This document shows, piece after piece, positions 20,666 to 29,911 of a stretch of DNA of 64,000 nt. The translations under genes were made by a program, and so were the position numbers. The stretch is from an uncultured Acidobacteriota bacterium. Its GTDB lineage: Bacteria > Acidobacteriota > Thermoanaerobaculia > UBA5066. Under the pieces are notes generated by a model. It worked only from the letters and a program-made list of their open reading frames with translations, did not search any database and was not told where the DNA came from. The DNA lies in assembly GCA_963779415.1 (NCBI GenBank), contig CAVZYA010000001.1, positions 2,048,001 to 2,112,000 on the forward strand. Reading direction: 5' to 3'. Every line of letters begins with the position of its first letter. Position 1 is the stretch's first letter.

Positions 20666-22167
20666 GCGGGACCTCCCGCCCCGGCCGGAGGCGCCGCTTC
20701 GAGGAGCGACGCGGCCACGTTCCGGTCGTCGAACGGCTCGCGGCGGTCCCCGAAGACCTGTTCCGTCTCGTGCCCTTTCCCCGCGATCAGGACGACGTCC
20801 CCGGCCCGGGCGCTCCGGAGCGCCTCGGCGATCGCCTCGCGCCGGTCGACGAGGTAGGTCGCGCTCCGACCCGCCGCGTCGACGCCGATGCGGATCTCCG
20901 CGAGGATGGCCTCGGGATGCTCCGAGCGGGGGTTGTCCGACGTGACGAAGACCTCGTCGGCGAGGAGCGCGGCGATCTTTCCCATGTCGGCGCGTTTTCC
21001 CCGGTCCCGGTCGCCGCCGCAGCCGAAAACGACGAGAACGCGTCCGCCGGAGATCTTCGCGAGCTCGCGGGCGGCGGAGAGGACCCCCTCGAGCGCTCCC
21101 GGCTTGTGCGCGTAGTCGACGAGGACGTGGAGGCCGCGGGAGTTGGGGATCCGCTCGAGCCGCCCCGGGATCCGGTCGACGGAGGCGAGGGCCTGGATCA
21201 CGTCGCGGACCGGGAGACCGAGGGCGAGCCCGGCCGCCGCCGCCGCGAGGAGGTTCTCCGCGTTGTGCCGGCCGAGAAGGGGCGAGCGGAGATCGAGTGT
21301 CTCGTCCGTCGACGCGACGGTCACCTCGAGCGCGATTCGCGGCACCGCGGTGCGGATCCGGCCCCGGACGTCGGCAGCCGCGTGCCCTTCCAGGGAAAAC
21401 GCGAAGCGTGACGGCCCCGGAATCCGCGGCAGAAGCCGCCGCCCCCACGCGTCGGCGAGGTTGACGACGGCCTTCCCGCCCGGCTTGAGGAGCGAAAAGA
21501 GGTGGGTCTTCGCCTCGAAGTAGCGCTCCATGTCGCCGTGAAAGTCGAGGTGCTCGCGCGAGAGGTTCAGGAAGACCGCAATGTCGAACTGCGTCCCGGC
21601 GAGCCGCTCGAGGGTGAGGGCATGCGAGGAGCACTCCATCGTGAAGGCCGTCCCGCCCGCGGCCACGAGCTCCGCGAGAAGCGGCTGAAGGTCCGTCGCC
21701 TCGGGGGTCGTCCGTTCCGCCGGGAATTCGCGCCCGTCCGACCGGCGCCAGAAGATCGTCCCGACGAGGCCCCGTCTCGGGTGCGCGACGCCGAGAACGC
21801 GGTCCAAGAGAAGCGTCGTCGTCGTCTTCCCGCTCGTCCCCGTGACCCCGGCCATGACGAGAGAGCCCGTCGGGTAGCCGGCGAGCCGGGCCGAGAGAAG
21901 GCCGGCCGCGCGCCGCGGATTCGAAACGGCGAGGTACGGGACGGGAAGAGAGGGCATGGAAGGAGGAAGTCCCAGGACGGCCGAGGCTCCGCGTGCGAGG
22001 GCGTCCGGAATGAAGCGCCGGCCATCCATCGTGAGGCCCGGAAAGGCCGCGAAAAGGGTCCCCCGCGACGCGCGCCGCGAGTCGTGGGTGATCGCGAGGA
22101 TCTCCGGGTCGCCGCCCGTGCCGCTCCGGTCGTGCGGCAGCTCCGCCGCCAGCTGGGAGAATTTCAT
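20662..22167 (-). CDS. murE: UDP-N-acetylmuramoyl-dipeptide--meso-diaminopimelate ligase
   Basis: GVTGTSGKTT, TTPE, MECSSHAL, VDYAH, GCGGDRD, DNPR (meso-DAP specificity) and AGKGHE. Confidence 0.96.
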   Translation of the reverse strand: MKFSQLAAELPHDRSGTGGDPEILAITHDSRRASRGTLFAAFPGLTMDGRRFIPDALARGASAVLGLPPSMPSLPVPYLAVSNPRRAAGLLSARLAGYPTGSLVMAGVTGTSGKTTTTLLLDRVLGVAHPRRGLVGTIFWRRSDGREFPAERTTPEATDLQPLLAELVAAGGTAFTMECSSHALTLERLAGTQFDIAVFLNLSREHLDFHGDMERYFEAKTHLFSLLKPGGKAVVNLADAWGRRLLPRIPGPSRFAFSLEGHAAADVRGRIRTAVPRIALEVTVASTDETLDLRSPLLGRHNAENLLAAAAAGLALGLPVRDVIQALASVDRIPGRLERIPNSRGLHVLVDYAHKPGALEGVLSAARELAKISGGRVLVVFGCGGDRDRGKRADMGKIAALLADEVFVTSDNPRSEHPEAILAEIRIGVDAAGRSATYLVDRREAIAEALRSARAGDVVLIAGKGHETEQVFGDRREPFDDRNVAASLLEAAPPAGAGGPA

Positions 22168-24197
22168 CGATCCTTCTCCCGCAGCGCCGGCGGGCCGAGG
22201 GCGACGAGGCAGACGCCGCCTCGCGTCGCCGGCGTGCCGGCCGGCGGCTCCTGGGTGACGACGAACCCGCTCCCCGAGAGGCGGGCCGCGAGCCCCGCGC
22301 GGGCGAGGGCGCGTACGGCGTCACGCGCCGAGAGGCCGGAGAGGTCCGGAACCGTCCCTTCGGCCGGATCGTCGAGCCTCTCGGCGCCCCGGCTGGAGGC
22401 CGGGACCACGAGCATGGGCGTCTTTCCGCTCGCGCGGGCGCCGATCGAGAGATCCGCCGTGAGGACCGGCGCCGTCTGTTCCGTCCGCACCGGCGGGACC
22501 CCGCGCAGCCGGAGCGATTCCGCCATGACGGCCGCGAAGACCGGCGCGGCGACGTCGCCGCCGTAGTAGATCCCTTTCGGCTCGTCGACGACGACGGCCA
22601 CGACGAGGCGCGGAGAGTCGGCCGGCGAAAAGCCGACGAACGAAGCGACGTGGCGGTCCCGCGAATAGCCGCCTCCCGGGGCCGCCTTCTGCGCCGTCCC
22701 CGTCTTGCCGGCTGCGGTATAGCCGGGGACGGCCGCCTGCCGTCCCGTCCCTTCCTCCACGACGCCCGTCAGGAGACGCCGGAGCGTCCGCGCCGTTCCC
22801 GGAGAGAGGATGCGGACCGGAGGGCGCGGCGCCATCGTCCGGGCGTCGTGTCCCCCGTGCCGGATCTCCGACACGAGGTAGGGCGTCGGGAGGAGGCCGT
22901 CCGTGGCGACGGCCGAGTAGGCGCGCGCGATCTGAAGCGTCGTGACGCCGATCTCCTGTCCGAAGGAGATCGTCGGAAGGGAGAGGGCGCTCCAGGACGA
23001 GACGTCCTCGAGGAGCCCCGCGGTCTCGCCGTCCAGGTCGACGCCGGTCCGCTGGCCGAACCCGAAGCTCCGGACGGCCCGGAAGAAGGGACCGCGCCCG
23101 AGCGCCATTCCGATCCGCGCGCTTCCGATGTTCGAGGAGTGCTCGAGGACTTCGGGAAGGGGAAGCGTCGCCCACGCCTTGTGGTCGTGCTCGTGGATCG
23201 TCGTCGACCCGATCGTGAGCGCCCCGTTCCCGCAGTCGATGACGTCGTTCTCCGCGACGACGCCGGCGTCGATGGCCGCCGCGAACGTGACGAGCTTGAA
23301 GACGGATCCGGGCTCGAAGGCGTCGGCGACCGGACGGCATCGGCGCGTCTCGGCGTCCACCTCGCCGAAGCGGTTCGGATCGAAGCCCGGCGCCGTCGCG
23401 AGCGCGAGGATCGCCCCCGTCGCCGGATCGAGGACGACGATCGAGGCCGATTTCGCGTGACGCTCGCGCAGCGCCTTCTCCGCTTCGCGCTCGGCGACGT
23501 GCTGGATCGAGGCGTCGAGAGTCAGGACGAGTGTGGCGCCTTCCGTCCCGTCGGCGCCTCCGCGATCCGGGAGGCGGACTCCGCCCCGGGTCGCGTAGAG
23601 GCGCTGGACGGCGTCGCGCAGAAACGTCACCCGGACGGGCTGACCGCGAATCTCGGAGTCGTATCGGTGCTCGAGCCCGCCGAGCCCGACGTTGTCCGTC
23701 CCGACGTAGCCGAGGACGGAGGCCGCGAGCGGGCCTTCCGGGTAGCGCCGCGCCGACTCCTTCCAGAGCTTGACCCCCGGCAGGTTCGCCGATTTCACCC
23801 GGGCGGCCGCCGCCTCGGAGACACGGCGGGCCAGCCAGACGAACTCCTTCTCGGGGTTGGCGAGCCGCCGCTCCAGCTCCCGGGCCGGGACGGCCAGAAG
23901 CGGCGCGAGGACGGCCGCGGTCGACTTCGGATTCTCGACGTCGGACGGGATCGCGAAGACCGAATCGGCATAGACGGTGACGGCGAGCGGCTTTCCGCCG
24001 GCGTCGAGGATCGCTCCCCGGAAGGGCGCCAGCTCCACCGTCCGCTCCTGCTGCTTCCGGGCGCGGCGGGCGAACTCGTCCTTCCGGAGAAGCTGCAGGT
24101 CGACGAGCCGGAAGAGGAGAACGAGGATCCAGATCCCCGCGCCCGCGAGGAGAACGAGGGCACGACGGGACGGATCCGGCCGGCCGGGCGCCGTCAG
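22164..24197 (-). CDS. ftsI: Class B penicillin-binding protein FtsI with C-terminal PASTA domain
   Basis: EPGSVFK (SxxK), SSN, KTGTAQ and PASTA motif VPDLSGLS. Start proposed at CTG 24197; the ORF track uses 24305. Confidence 0.93.
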   Translation of the reverse strand: MTAPGRPDPSRRALVLLAGAGIWILVLLFRLVDLQLLRKDEFARRARKQQERTVELAPFRGAILDAGGKPLAVTVYADSVFAIPSDVENPKSTAAVLAPLLAVPARELERRLANPEKEFVWLARRVSEAAAARVKSANLPGVKLWKESARRYPEGPLAASVLGYVGTDNVGLGGLEHRYDSEIRGQPVRVTFLRDAVQRLYATRGGVRLPDRGGADGTEGATLVLTLDASIQHVAEREAEKALRERHAKSASIVVLDPATGAILALATAPGFDPNRFGEVDAETRRCRPVADAFEPGSVFKLVTFAAAIDAGVVAENDVIDCGNGALTIGSTTIHEHDHKAWATLPLPEVLEHSSNIGSARIGMALGRGPFFRAVRSFGFGQRTGVDLDGETAGLLEDVSSWSALSLPTISFGQEIGVTTLQIARAYSAVATDGLLPTPYLVSEIRHGGHDARTMAPRPPVRILSPGTARTLRRLLTGVVEEGTGRQAAVPGYTAAGKTGTAQKAAPGGGYSRDRHVASFVGFSPADSPRLVVAVVVDEPKGIYYGGDVAAPVFAAVMAESLRLRGVPPVRTEQTAPVLTADLSIGARASGKTPMLVVPASSRGAERLDDPAEGTVPDLSGLSARDAVRALARAGLAARLSGSGFVVTQEPPAGTPATRGGVCLVALGPPALREKDR

Positions 24198-24610
24198 AAG
24201 CCCTCCTCCGTCGTGACGGTCGCGGTGGCCGGGGAAGCGGGGAGGCTCCGCGGCGCCGCGGCGGCCGCGCCGGGCGCCCCCTCCTCGATCCGCAGGATCT
24301 GCCACGGGGCCGGCGGGCCGAAGCCGAGAGTCGTCCGCGCAAGGGCGTCGACACGCGCCAGAGACGTCGCCTGGGCACGGTCCATCCGGAGCTGCCGGTT
24401 CCGCTCGAGGAGGGACTCCTTCTGCCGCGCGACCCGGGCGAGCTGGTAGCCGAGGCGGACCGTCTCGAGGTTCGCCCAGATCGCCGCGAGGAGGACCAGC
24501 ATCGGAGGAACGGCCGCGAGGGCGAGCGCCGCGAACTCGCGTGTCCTCTTCCGGTCCCGCTCGCGGACGAGGTAGACGTTCTCTACGGGTCGGCGGACCG
24601 CATAGGCCAT
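24194..24610 (-). CDS. ftsL: Cell division protein FtsL
   Basis: Short cytoplasmic tail, one TM and a coiled coil ending SLARVDALARTTLGF; located between rsmH and ftsI. Confidence 0.85.
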   Translation of the reverse strand: MAYAVRRPVENVYLVRERDRKRTREFAALALAAVPPMLVLLAAIWANLETVRLGYQLARVARQKESLLERNRQLRMDRAQATSLARVDALARTTLGFGPPAPWQILRIEEGAPGAAAAAPRSLPASPATATVTTEEGF

Positions 24611-24623
24611 GGGCCGCCTCCCC

Positions 24624-25577
24624 TCACCGTGCCGCGATCCCCGCCCGCCCGTTCTCTTCGAGCGTCCGCTCGAGAACCCGGAGGCGCGCGGAGCGCGCCC
24701 GGGGATTGAGCGTGATCTCCGGGAGCGACGGACGGATCGGCTTTCGGTCACGAGCGCCATCACGCGGCGCCGCCCGCAGACGCAGACCGGAAAGGAGGGA
24801 GGACAGGTGCAGCCGGCCGTGTGACGCGCGAAGGCCCGTTTGACGATCCGGTCCTCCAGCGAGTGGTAGGAGAGGACGGCGACGCGCGCGCCGAGGGCGA
24901 GACGTGCGATCGCGTCGTCGAGAAACCGCTCGAGGTCGATCAACTCGCGGTTCGTCGCGATCCGGAGCGCCTGAAAGACGAGCGTCGCCGGATCCTTGTG
25001 GCGCTCGCGCTTCGGCCCCACGGCCCGGAGGACGAGATGGCGAAGCTCCCCCGTCGTGGACACCGGAGACGTGACGCGAGCTCTGACGATCTCCCGAGCG
25101 ATCCGTCCGGCCATGCGCTCCTCCCCGTACTCGCGAAAGACCCGCGAGAGTTCCCCCCCGGGCAGCGTGTTGACGAGATCCGCGGCGGTCGGCCCCGAAC
25201 GGGACATCCGCATGTCGAGGGGGCCGTCCCTCATGAACGAGAAGCCCCTTTCGGGTAGGTCGAGCTGGAGAGACGAGACCCCGAGGTCCGCGAGGATCGC
25301 CCTCCACCTCGCCGAGGCCGAGCCGGTCGAGATGTGCCGCGATCTCCTCGTAGCGCCCCGGAACGAGGACGAGGCGATCCCCGAAGGGAGCCAGCCGCGC
25401 GCTGGCCTCGGCGAGAGCGTCGGGGTCGGTGTCGATGCCGACGACCCGGACCGACGAGGCGGCGGCGAGGAGCGCCTCGGCATGCCCGCCGAGCCCGATC
25501 GTCGCGTCGACGAAGACCCCCCCGCGCTCCGGACGGAGGAGCGTCGTGACCTCGCGGAGAAGGACCGGAACGTGCAC
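24624..25577 (-). CDS. rsmH: 16S rRNA m4C1402 methyltransferase RsmH; two compensating frameshifts (about 25301 and 24746)
   Basis: HVPVLLRE and DATIGLGGH in one frame; DLGVSSLQLD, PLDMRM, FQALRIATN and YHSLEDRIVK in a second; NPRARSARLR back in the first. Confidence 0.93.
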   Translation of the reverse strand: MHVPVLLREVTTLLRPERGGVFVDATIGLGGHAEALLAAASSVRVVGIDTDPDALAEASARLAPFGDRLVLVPGRYEEIAAHLDRLGLGEVEGDPRGPRGLVSPARPTRKGLLVHEGRPPRHADVPFGADRRGSRQHAARGGTLAGLSRVRGGAHGRTDRSGDRQSSRHVSGVHDGGASPSRPPGRGAEARAPQGSGDARLSGAPDRDEPRVDRPRAVSRRRDRTSRPRRARRRPLLPLAGGPDRQTGLRASHGRLHLSSLLSGLRLRAAPRDGARDRKPIRPSLPEITLNPRARSARLRVLERTLEENGRAGIAAR

Positions 25578-25592
25578 CGGCTTCCCCCCTCC

Positions 25593-26039
25593 TCAGAGCA
25601 GGTGGCGTGAGAGTGCGTCGTAATCCTCATCGGTGAGAGAGGCCGCCTTCAGGGCCTTCAGGTGCTTCGTCCGGTTCACGAGCTTCAGGTGATCCGTCTG
25701 TCCGAGGACCAGGGCGTCGCCCGCGAGACCGGAGACGTCCCGCAGGAGCGAAGGGATGAGGAGCCGACCCTGCGGGTCCATCTTCGCGGACTGGCCGAAC
25801 GTGTTGAACCGTTCGAGGAACTTCGCCCGCGCGCGATGAACCGGCGGCAGGGCGGCGAGCTTCTCTTCGAAGGCGTTCCAGACCTTCATCGGATAGACGA
25901 GGACGTCCGATCCCGTGATCGACGTGAGGAAGAACTCGCTTCCCCACGTCTCCTCGATCGGCGCGCGGAAGACGGCCGGGACCTTGAACCGTCCCTTCTC
26001 GTCCACCGTCGTTTCCGCGCTGCCTCGAAGTCGCTCCAT
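25593..26039 (-). CDS. mraZ: Transcriptional regulator MraZ
   Basis: Two AbrB-like repeats, VDEKGRFKVP and MDPQGRLLIP; first gene of the dcw cluster, with GGAAGGA upstream of ATG 26039. Confidence 0.93.
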   Translation of the reverse strand: MERLRGSAETTVDEKGRFKVPAVFRAPIEETWGSEFFLTSITGSDVLVYPMKVWNAFEEKLAALPPVHRARAKFLERFNTFGQSAKMDPQGRLLIPSLLRDVSGLAGDALVLGQTDHLKLVNRTKHLKALKAASLTDEDYDALSRHLL

Positions 26040-26090
26040 GTTCCTTCCCGGAAAAAAGAATCCGCGGTGGGCCCTCGGGGGCCTCGGCAG

Positions 26091-26125
26091 CCCACGATGC
26101 ACCACAGTTGACCACTTTTTTCCAC
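26091..26125 (-). promoter_or_regulatory. MraZ-binding boxes: four GTGG direct repeats with 10-bp period
   Basis: + strand CCAC at 26092, 26102, 26112 and 26122. The minus strand reads GTGGAaaaaaGTGGTcaactGTGGTgcatcGTGGG. Confidence 0.8.
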
Positions 26126-26130
26126 CGCCG

Positions 26131-26160
26131 AGTATCCGGCCCCCGCTCCCCCCTCGTCAA
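26131..26160 (-). promoter_or_regulatory. Putative sigma70-type dcw promoter
   Basis: TTGACG (26160-26155), 18-nt spacer, GATACT (26136-26131), immediately upstream of the MraZ boxes. Confidence 0.5.
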
Positions 26161-26186
26161 GTAAAAGCCGGCGTCGCCGGGCCGGG

Positions 26187-27353
26187 ATGCGGGGTGCTAC
26201 CCTCCCGGCTCCCGTGGCGAGCGTCACCCCCCGAACTCCTCTCCTCGTCGAGGACGACGCGGCTCTCGAGGGGCTCCTGGCGCGGCTCGACGCGGACCGG
26301 GACACCCCCGTCTCGCTCGACACCGAAGCCGATTCGTTCCACCACTACTTCGAGAAGGTCTGTCTCGTGCAGCTCGAGGTGGAAGGCGACGTCTTTCTCG
26401 TCGACCCGCTCGCGCCTCTCTCCCTTCGGCCGCTCCTCGAGCGGCTCGCGCCGCGGCGGCTCCGGATGCACGGCGCGGATTACGACCTCCGCCTCCTCCT
26501 CCGCGACCACGCGTTCCGCTCCCGCGCCCTCTTCGACACGATGATCGCGGCGCAGCTTCTCGGGGAAGCGGAGATCGGGCTTCAGGCTCTCCTCGCGCGC
26601 CGGCTCGGCGTCACCCTCGACAAGGCCCACCAGCGGGCCGACTGGAGCCTCCGGCCGCTCTCCGGCCCGATGGTGGCGTACGCGGCCGGAGACGTGGCCC
26701 ATCTCCCGGCCCTCGTCGACCGGATGGAGCGGGACCTCGAGGCGGCGGGACGCCTCTCCTGGCACGTCGAAGAGTGCGCGCGGCTCGTCGCCGCGCCGTT
26801 CCCCGAGGCGCGGACGACGGACGACGAGAACGGCTGGAGGCTGAAGGGGACGAACGCCCTGACCTCGAAGGAGCGCGCCTACGTCCGGGCGCTCTGGGAG
26901 GCGCGCGAGGAGCGAGCCCGCGCGCTCGATCTTCCTCCATTCCGCGTCCTCGTGAACGAACGCCTTCTCCACGCGGCGCGGAAGGCCGCCGCCGGGGAGA
27001 ACGATCTCGTCGTCCTCTTTCCGGGGCCGCGCCCGCTGCCGGGCGCCCTCGCCGCGGAAGTGCGCCGGGCGCTCGACGCGGCCCGGCGGCTTCCTCCCTC
27101 CGAGTGGCCGGGGCCGCGGCGGGCCGAACCGGCCGAAGCCGATCCGGCGCTCGAGCGCGCCGTCGAGTCGCTCAAGGGGATGCGAAACCGGAAGGCGGAA
27201 GCCCTCCGGCTCGACCCGGGAGTCCTCGCCGGACGCTCCGTCCTGACAGCGGCCGCCCGCGCCCTGCTCGCCGAGCCGACCCGGGACCCCGTGCGCCTCG
27301 CGGCGAGGTCCGGCATCTCGCGCTGGCGGGCGGAGATTCTCCTCACGCCCTGA
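26187..27353 (+). CDS. rnd: Ribonuclease D (DEDDy exonuclease plus HRDC domain)
   Basis: LDTEADSFHHY, HGADYD, FDTMIAA, DWSLRPL, YAAGDV and HRDC motif ARALDLPPFRVL. Alternative start GTG 26214. Confidence 0.9.
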   Translation: MRGATLPAPVASVTPRTPLLVEDDAALEGLLARLDADRDTPVSLDTEADSFHHYFEKVCLVQLEVEGDVFLVDPLAPLSLRPLLERLAPRRLRMHGADYDLRLLLRDHAFRSRALFDTMIAAQLLGEAEIGLQALLARRLGVTLDKAHQRADWSLRPLSGPMVAYAAGDVAHLPALVDRMERDLEAAGRLSWHVEECARLVAAPFPEARTTDDENGWRLKGTNALTSKERAYVRALWEAREERARALDLPPFRVLVNERLLHAARKAAAGENDLVVLFPGPRPLPGALAAEVRRALDAARRLPPSEWPGPRRAEPAEADPALERAVESLKGMRNRKAEALRLDPGVLAGRSVLTAAARALLAEPTRDPVRLAARSGISRWRAEILLTP

Positions 27354-27365
27354 CGGAAGCCCGGC

Positions 27366-29018
27366 TCAGAACTTCCACATCAGGCCCATCTGGGCGTCGC
27401 CCTGCGAGATGTAGTTGTTGTACCAGTACGGATAGCAGCCGTAGATCGGATCGCAGTAGGAGTACCCGGCCGAAGAGGAGTGCAGGTAGACGGGCATCCA
27501 GCGGATCCCGAGACGGCCGCCCAGGTGGTCGGTCAGCCAGTACTTCACCCCGCCGCCGACGCTCGCCGAGAACCGGGTCAGCGCCGAGTACGGCGAGGAC
27601 GGCGCGAGGAGCGTCGCGCCGAGGAGAAGATCGGCGTAGAGCCGGGCGCGCTCGTCCGAGCTTCCCGACTGGAGGAGGATCCCGACCTGGATCGTGTCGA
27701 GTTTCAGGTCCGAGACCTTCCGGTCGCCGGTTCCGCCCGGCGCGGTGATTCCCGTGAAGTTGAAGTCGAGCTGGGTGCTCTGGTGGCTCCAGAGCGCCTC
27801 GAGATGCCACGCGTCCGAGAGGGGGACCTCGACCGACGCGCCGAAGCTCATCGAGCTCGGGATCCCGATCCGCTCGATGTAGGTGTTCCCCTGGGGCGAC
27901 GTCGTCCCGCCGAACCGGTAACCGGCCATGCCCGACACCTCGACGGTCGCCCAGGAGCGGCTCGTGGAGGCGGCGATGGCCGCCGCATCGGCAGCCGCGG
28001 CCGCGCCCTCGCTTCCCGCGGAGAGCTCGTGGACGCCCACGGGCGGCGCGGTGTAGTAGGCGGAAGCCACCGGCGACACCTTGATGACGGCGTCGCGCTT
28101 GAGCTTCTCGAGATATTCCGCGAGCCGCTTCTGGAACTGGGTCTCCTGCTCGCTCTTGAGGATCTCCCCCTTCACCTCGGAGAAGGGACGGTAGCTGACG
28201 GGCTGCTTCTCGAGGACCTTGACGAGGTGCCAGCCGATCTTCGTCGAGATCGGGTCGGAGACGGCGCCGACGGGGAGGGAGAAGACGACGCTGTCGATCT
28301 CGGGGAGGAGCTCTCCCTTGGCCACCCATCCGAGGTCTCCTCCGCGGTTCTTCGTCGAGCCGTCGGAGTAGAGCCTGACGACCTCCTCGAACTTCATTCC
28401 CCCGCGGAGAGCGTCGACGGCGGCACGGACGCGCTCCTGGGGGTCCGACGTATCTCCGCCGGTATTCGAGATCAGGATCTCCGCGAGGCGGACGCGCTCG
28501 GGAATCCGGTATTTCTCCTTCTCCCGCTCGTAGATGACGCGCAGCGCGTCGTCCGTCAGGTCCACCTTGCTCTGGACCTCGCGCCCCACGACCCGCTGCA
28601 CCATGAGCGAGTTGAGAAGCTGGTCGCGGAGCTTCTGGATCGTCAGACCGGAGCTTTCGAGGAGCTTTTCGAAGTCGGCGTCGGAAGAGACCTTGTTTTC
28701 CTCTTTCAGCTGCCGGATCCGCTCCTCGACCTCCTTGTCGGTCGTCAGGAGGTCGAGGTCCCGCCCGCGGTCCTCGAGGAGCGCTTCGTCGACGAGCGTG
28801 TTGAAAAGGGCCTTCCGCATCTCCTCGGCCCTCGCGGCGTTCGCCGGGGGTCCCTGTTCGCGGACGACCTGCTCGAAGCGCGCGTCGAACGCGCTCTGCG
28901 TGATGATGCGCGAGTTGACGTGGGCGAGGATCATCTCGACCGTCTCCACGGCGGGCGCCGGATGCGCGGCCAGAAGAAGGAAGGACGCCAGAGCCACGAC
29001 GCGGCGACGGATCGGCAT
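27366..29018 (-). CDS. SurA-like chaperone/parvulin PPIase fused to a C-terminal outer-membrane beta-barrel
   Basis: Signal peptide, SurA-N (ILAHVNSRIIT), rotamase (GGDLGW...VSDPISTKIGWHLVK), Ala-rich linker, then about 190 aa of amphipathic strands ending QMGLMWKF. Confidence 0.8.
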   Translation of the reverse strand: MPIRRRVVALASFLLLAAHPAPAVETVEMILAHVNSRIITQSAFDARFEQVVREQGPPANAARAEEMRKALFNTLVDEALLEDRGRDLDLLTTDKEVEERIRQLKEENKVSSDADFEKLLESSGLTIQKLRDQLLNSLMVQRVVGREVQSKVDLTDDALRVIYEREKEKYRIPERVRLAEILISNTGGDTSDPQERVRAAVDALRGGMKFEEVVRLYSDGSTKNRGGDLGWVAKGELLPEIDSVVFSLPVGAVSDPISTKIGWHLVKVLEKQPVSYRPFSEVKGEILKSEQETQFQKRLAEYLEKLKRDAVIKVSPVASAYYTAPPVGVHELSAGSEGAAAAADAAAIAASTSRSWATVEVSGMAGYRFGGTTSPQGNTYIERIGIPSSMSFGASVEVPLSDAWHLEALWSHQSTQLDFNFTGITAPGGTGDRKVSDLKLDTIQVGILLQSGSSDERARLYADLLLGATLLAPSSPYSALTRFSASVGGGVKYWLTDHLGGRLGIRWMPVYLHSSSAGYSYCDPIYGCYPYWYNNYISQGDAQMGLMWKF

Positions 29019-29049
29019 CACGGCGCGGAGTCTAGCGAACTCCGCCGCG

Positions 29050-29911
29050 TCACCGGGACGGAACGTACCGCGGGTTCGTCCCGACGTAGGGGAAGGGGAG
29101 GTGTTCCTCGACGACCGCGACGGGATGACGGAGGCGCGCGGCCGCGACGAGGTCGGCCGCCGCCCGGACGCTCCTCTCCTCCGCGAGCGTGAGGCGGAGG
29201 GCGGACCTTCGCCTCCTCGAACGGGATGTCCCGCGAGTCGAAGCGCTCGTCGACCCGGAGAATGTGGAAGCCGTGCGGCGCCGCCAGGATTCCGGTCGTC
29301 CGGCCGGCCGGGAGCTCCCAGAGGACCTTCTCGAAATCGCGGGGAAGGTCGGTCCGGGCGAGAAGGCCGAGCGCGCCGCCGCTCGCCGCGTTCGGGGCGA
29401 GGCTCGCCGTCCGCGAGATCTCCAGCCAGCTCTCTCCCGCCGCGAGCCGCCTCTGCGCCGCCTCGGCCGCCTCCCGCGTCCGGAAGAAGAGCTGCGAGGC
29501 CCGGATGAGGGCGGGCCGCCGGAACCGGTCGGCATGCGACGCGTACTCCCGCCGCAGCTCTTCCTCCGGGATCGCGTCGACGCCGGCGACCCGCGCGATG
29601 AGGGCCCGACGCCGTTCGGCGGCGGTCGTCCCCTCGGGAGGAGGGGTCGCGTCCTCTCCGGCCCGCTCGAGGAGCAGCTCCTCGAGGTACTGGTCGAGAA
29701 GGCTCGAGGCGACGCGCGGCGCCACGTCCTTCGGCTCCTCGGAGGTCGCCCCTTTCAGGTATGCCGCCACGTCCTCCCACCGGACCGGCTGATTCCCGAC
29801 GAGGGCCACGACCGCGGGGTCCGCGGCGGGGCGGGGCGTCCGCTTCGCGCAGCCGGGCAGAAGCGCCGCGGGGAATGCGAGAAGTGCAGTAAGGGCGAGA
29901 CGAAGTCTCAT
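29050..29911 (-). CDS. PpiC/PrsA-type peptidyl-prolyl isomerase lipoprotein; frameshift near 29206
   Basis: Lipobox LLPGC and motif GGALG...GILAAPHGFHILRV. The C-terminus LRLTLAEER...YVPSR is in the neighbouring frame. ATGA overlap with mfd. Confidence 0.8.

Noticed and set aside
15976-22324. Long N-terminal extensions on MurG and MraY in the ORF track
   Set aside because: The extensions are shadow frames over upstream genes; the real starts lie at ATGA/GTGA overlaps.
24194-25630. Apparent RsmH-FtsL fusion ORF
   Set aside because: Caused by the two rsmH indels; ftsL has its own ATG at 24610.
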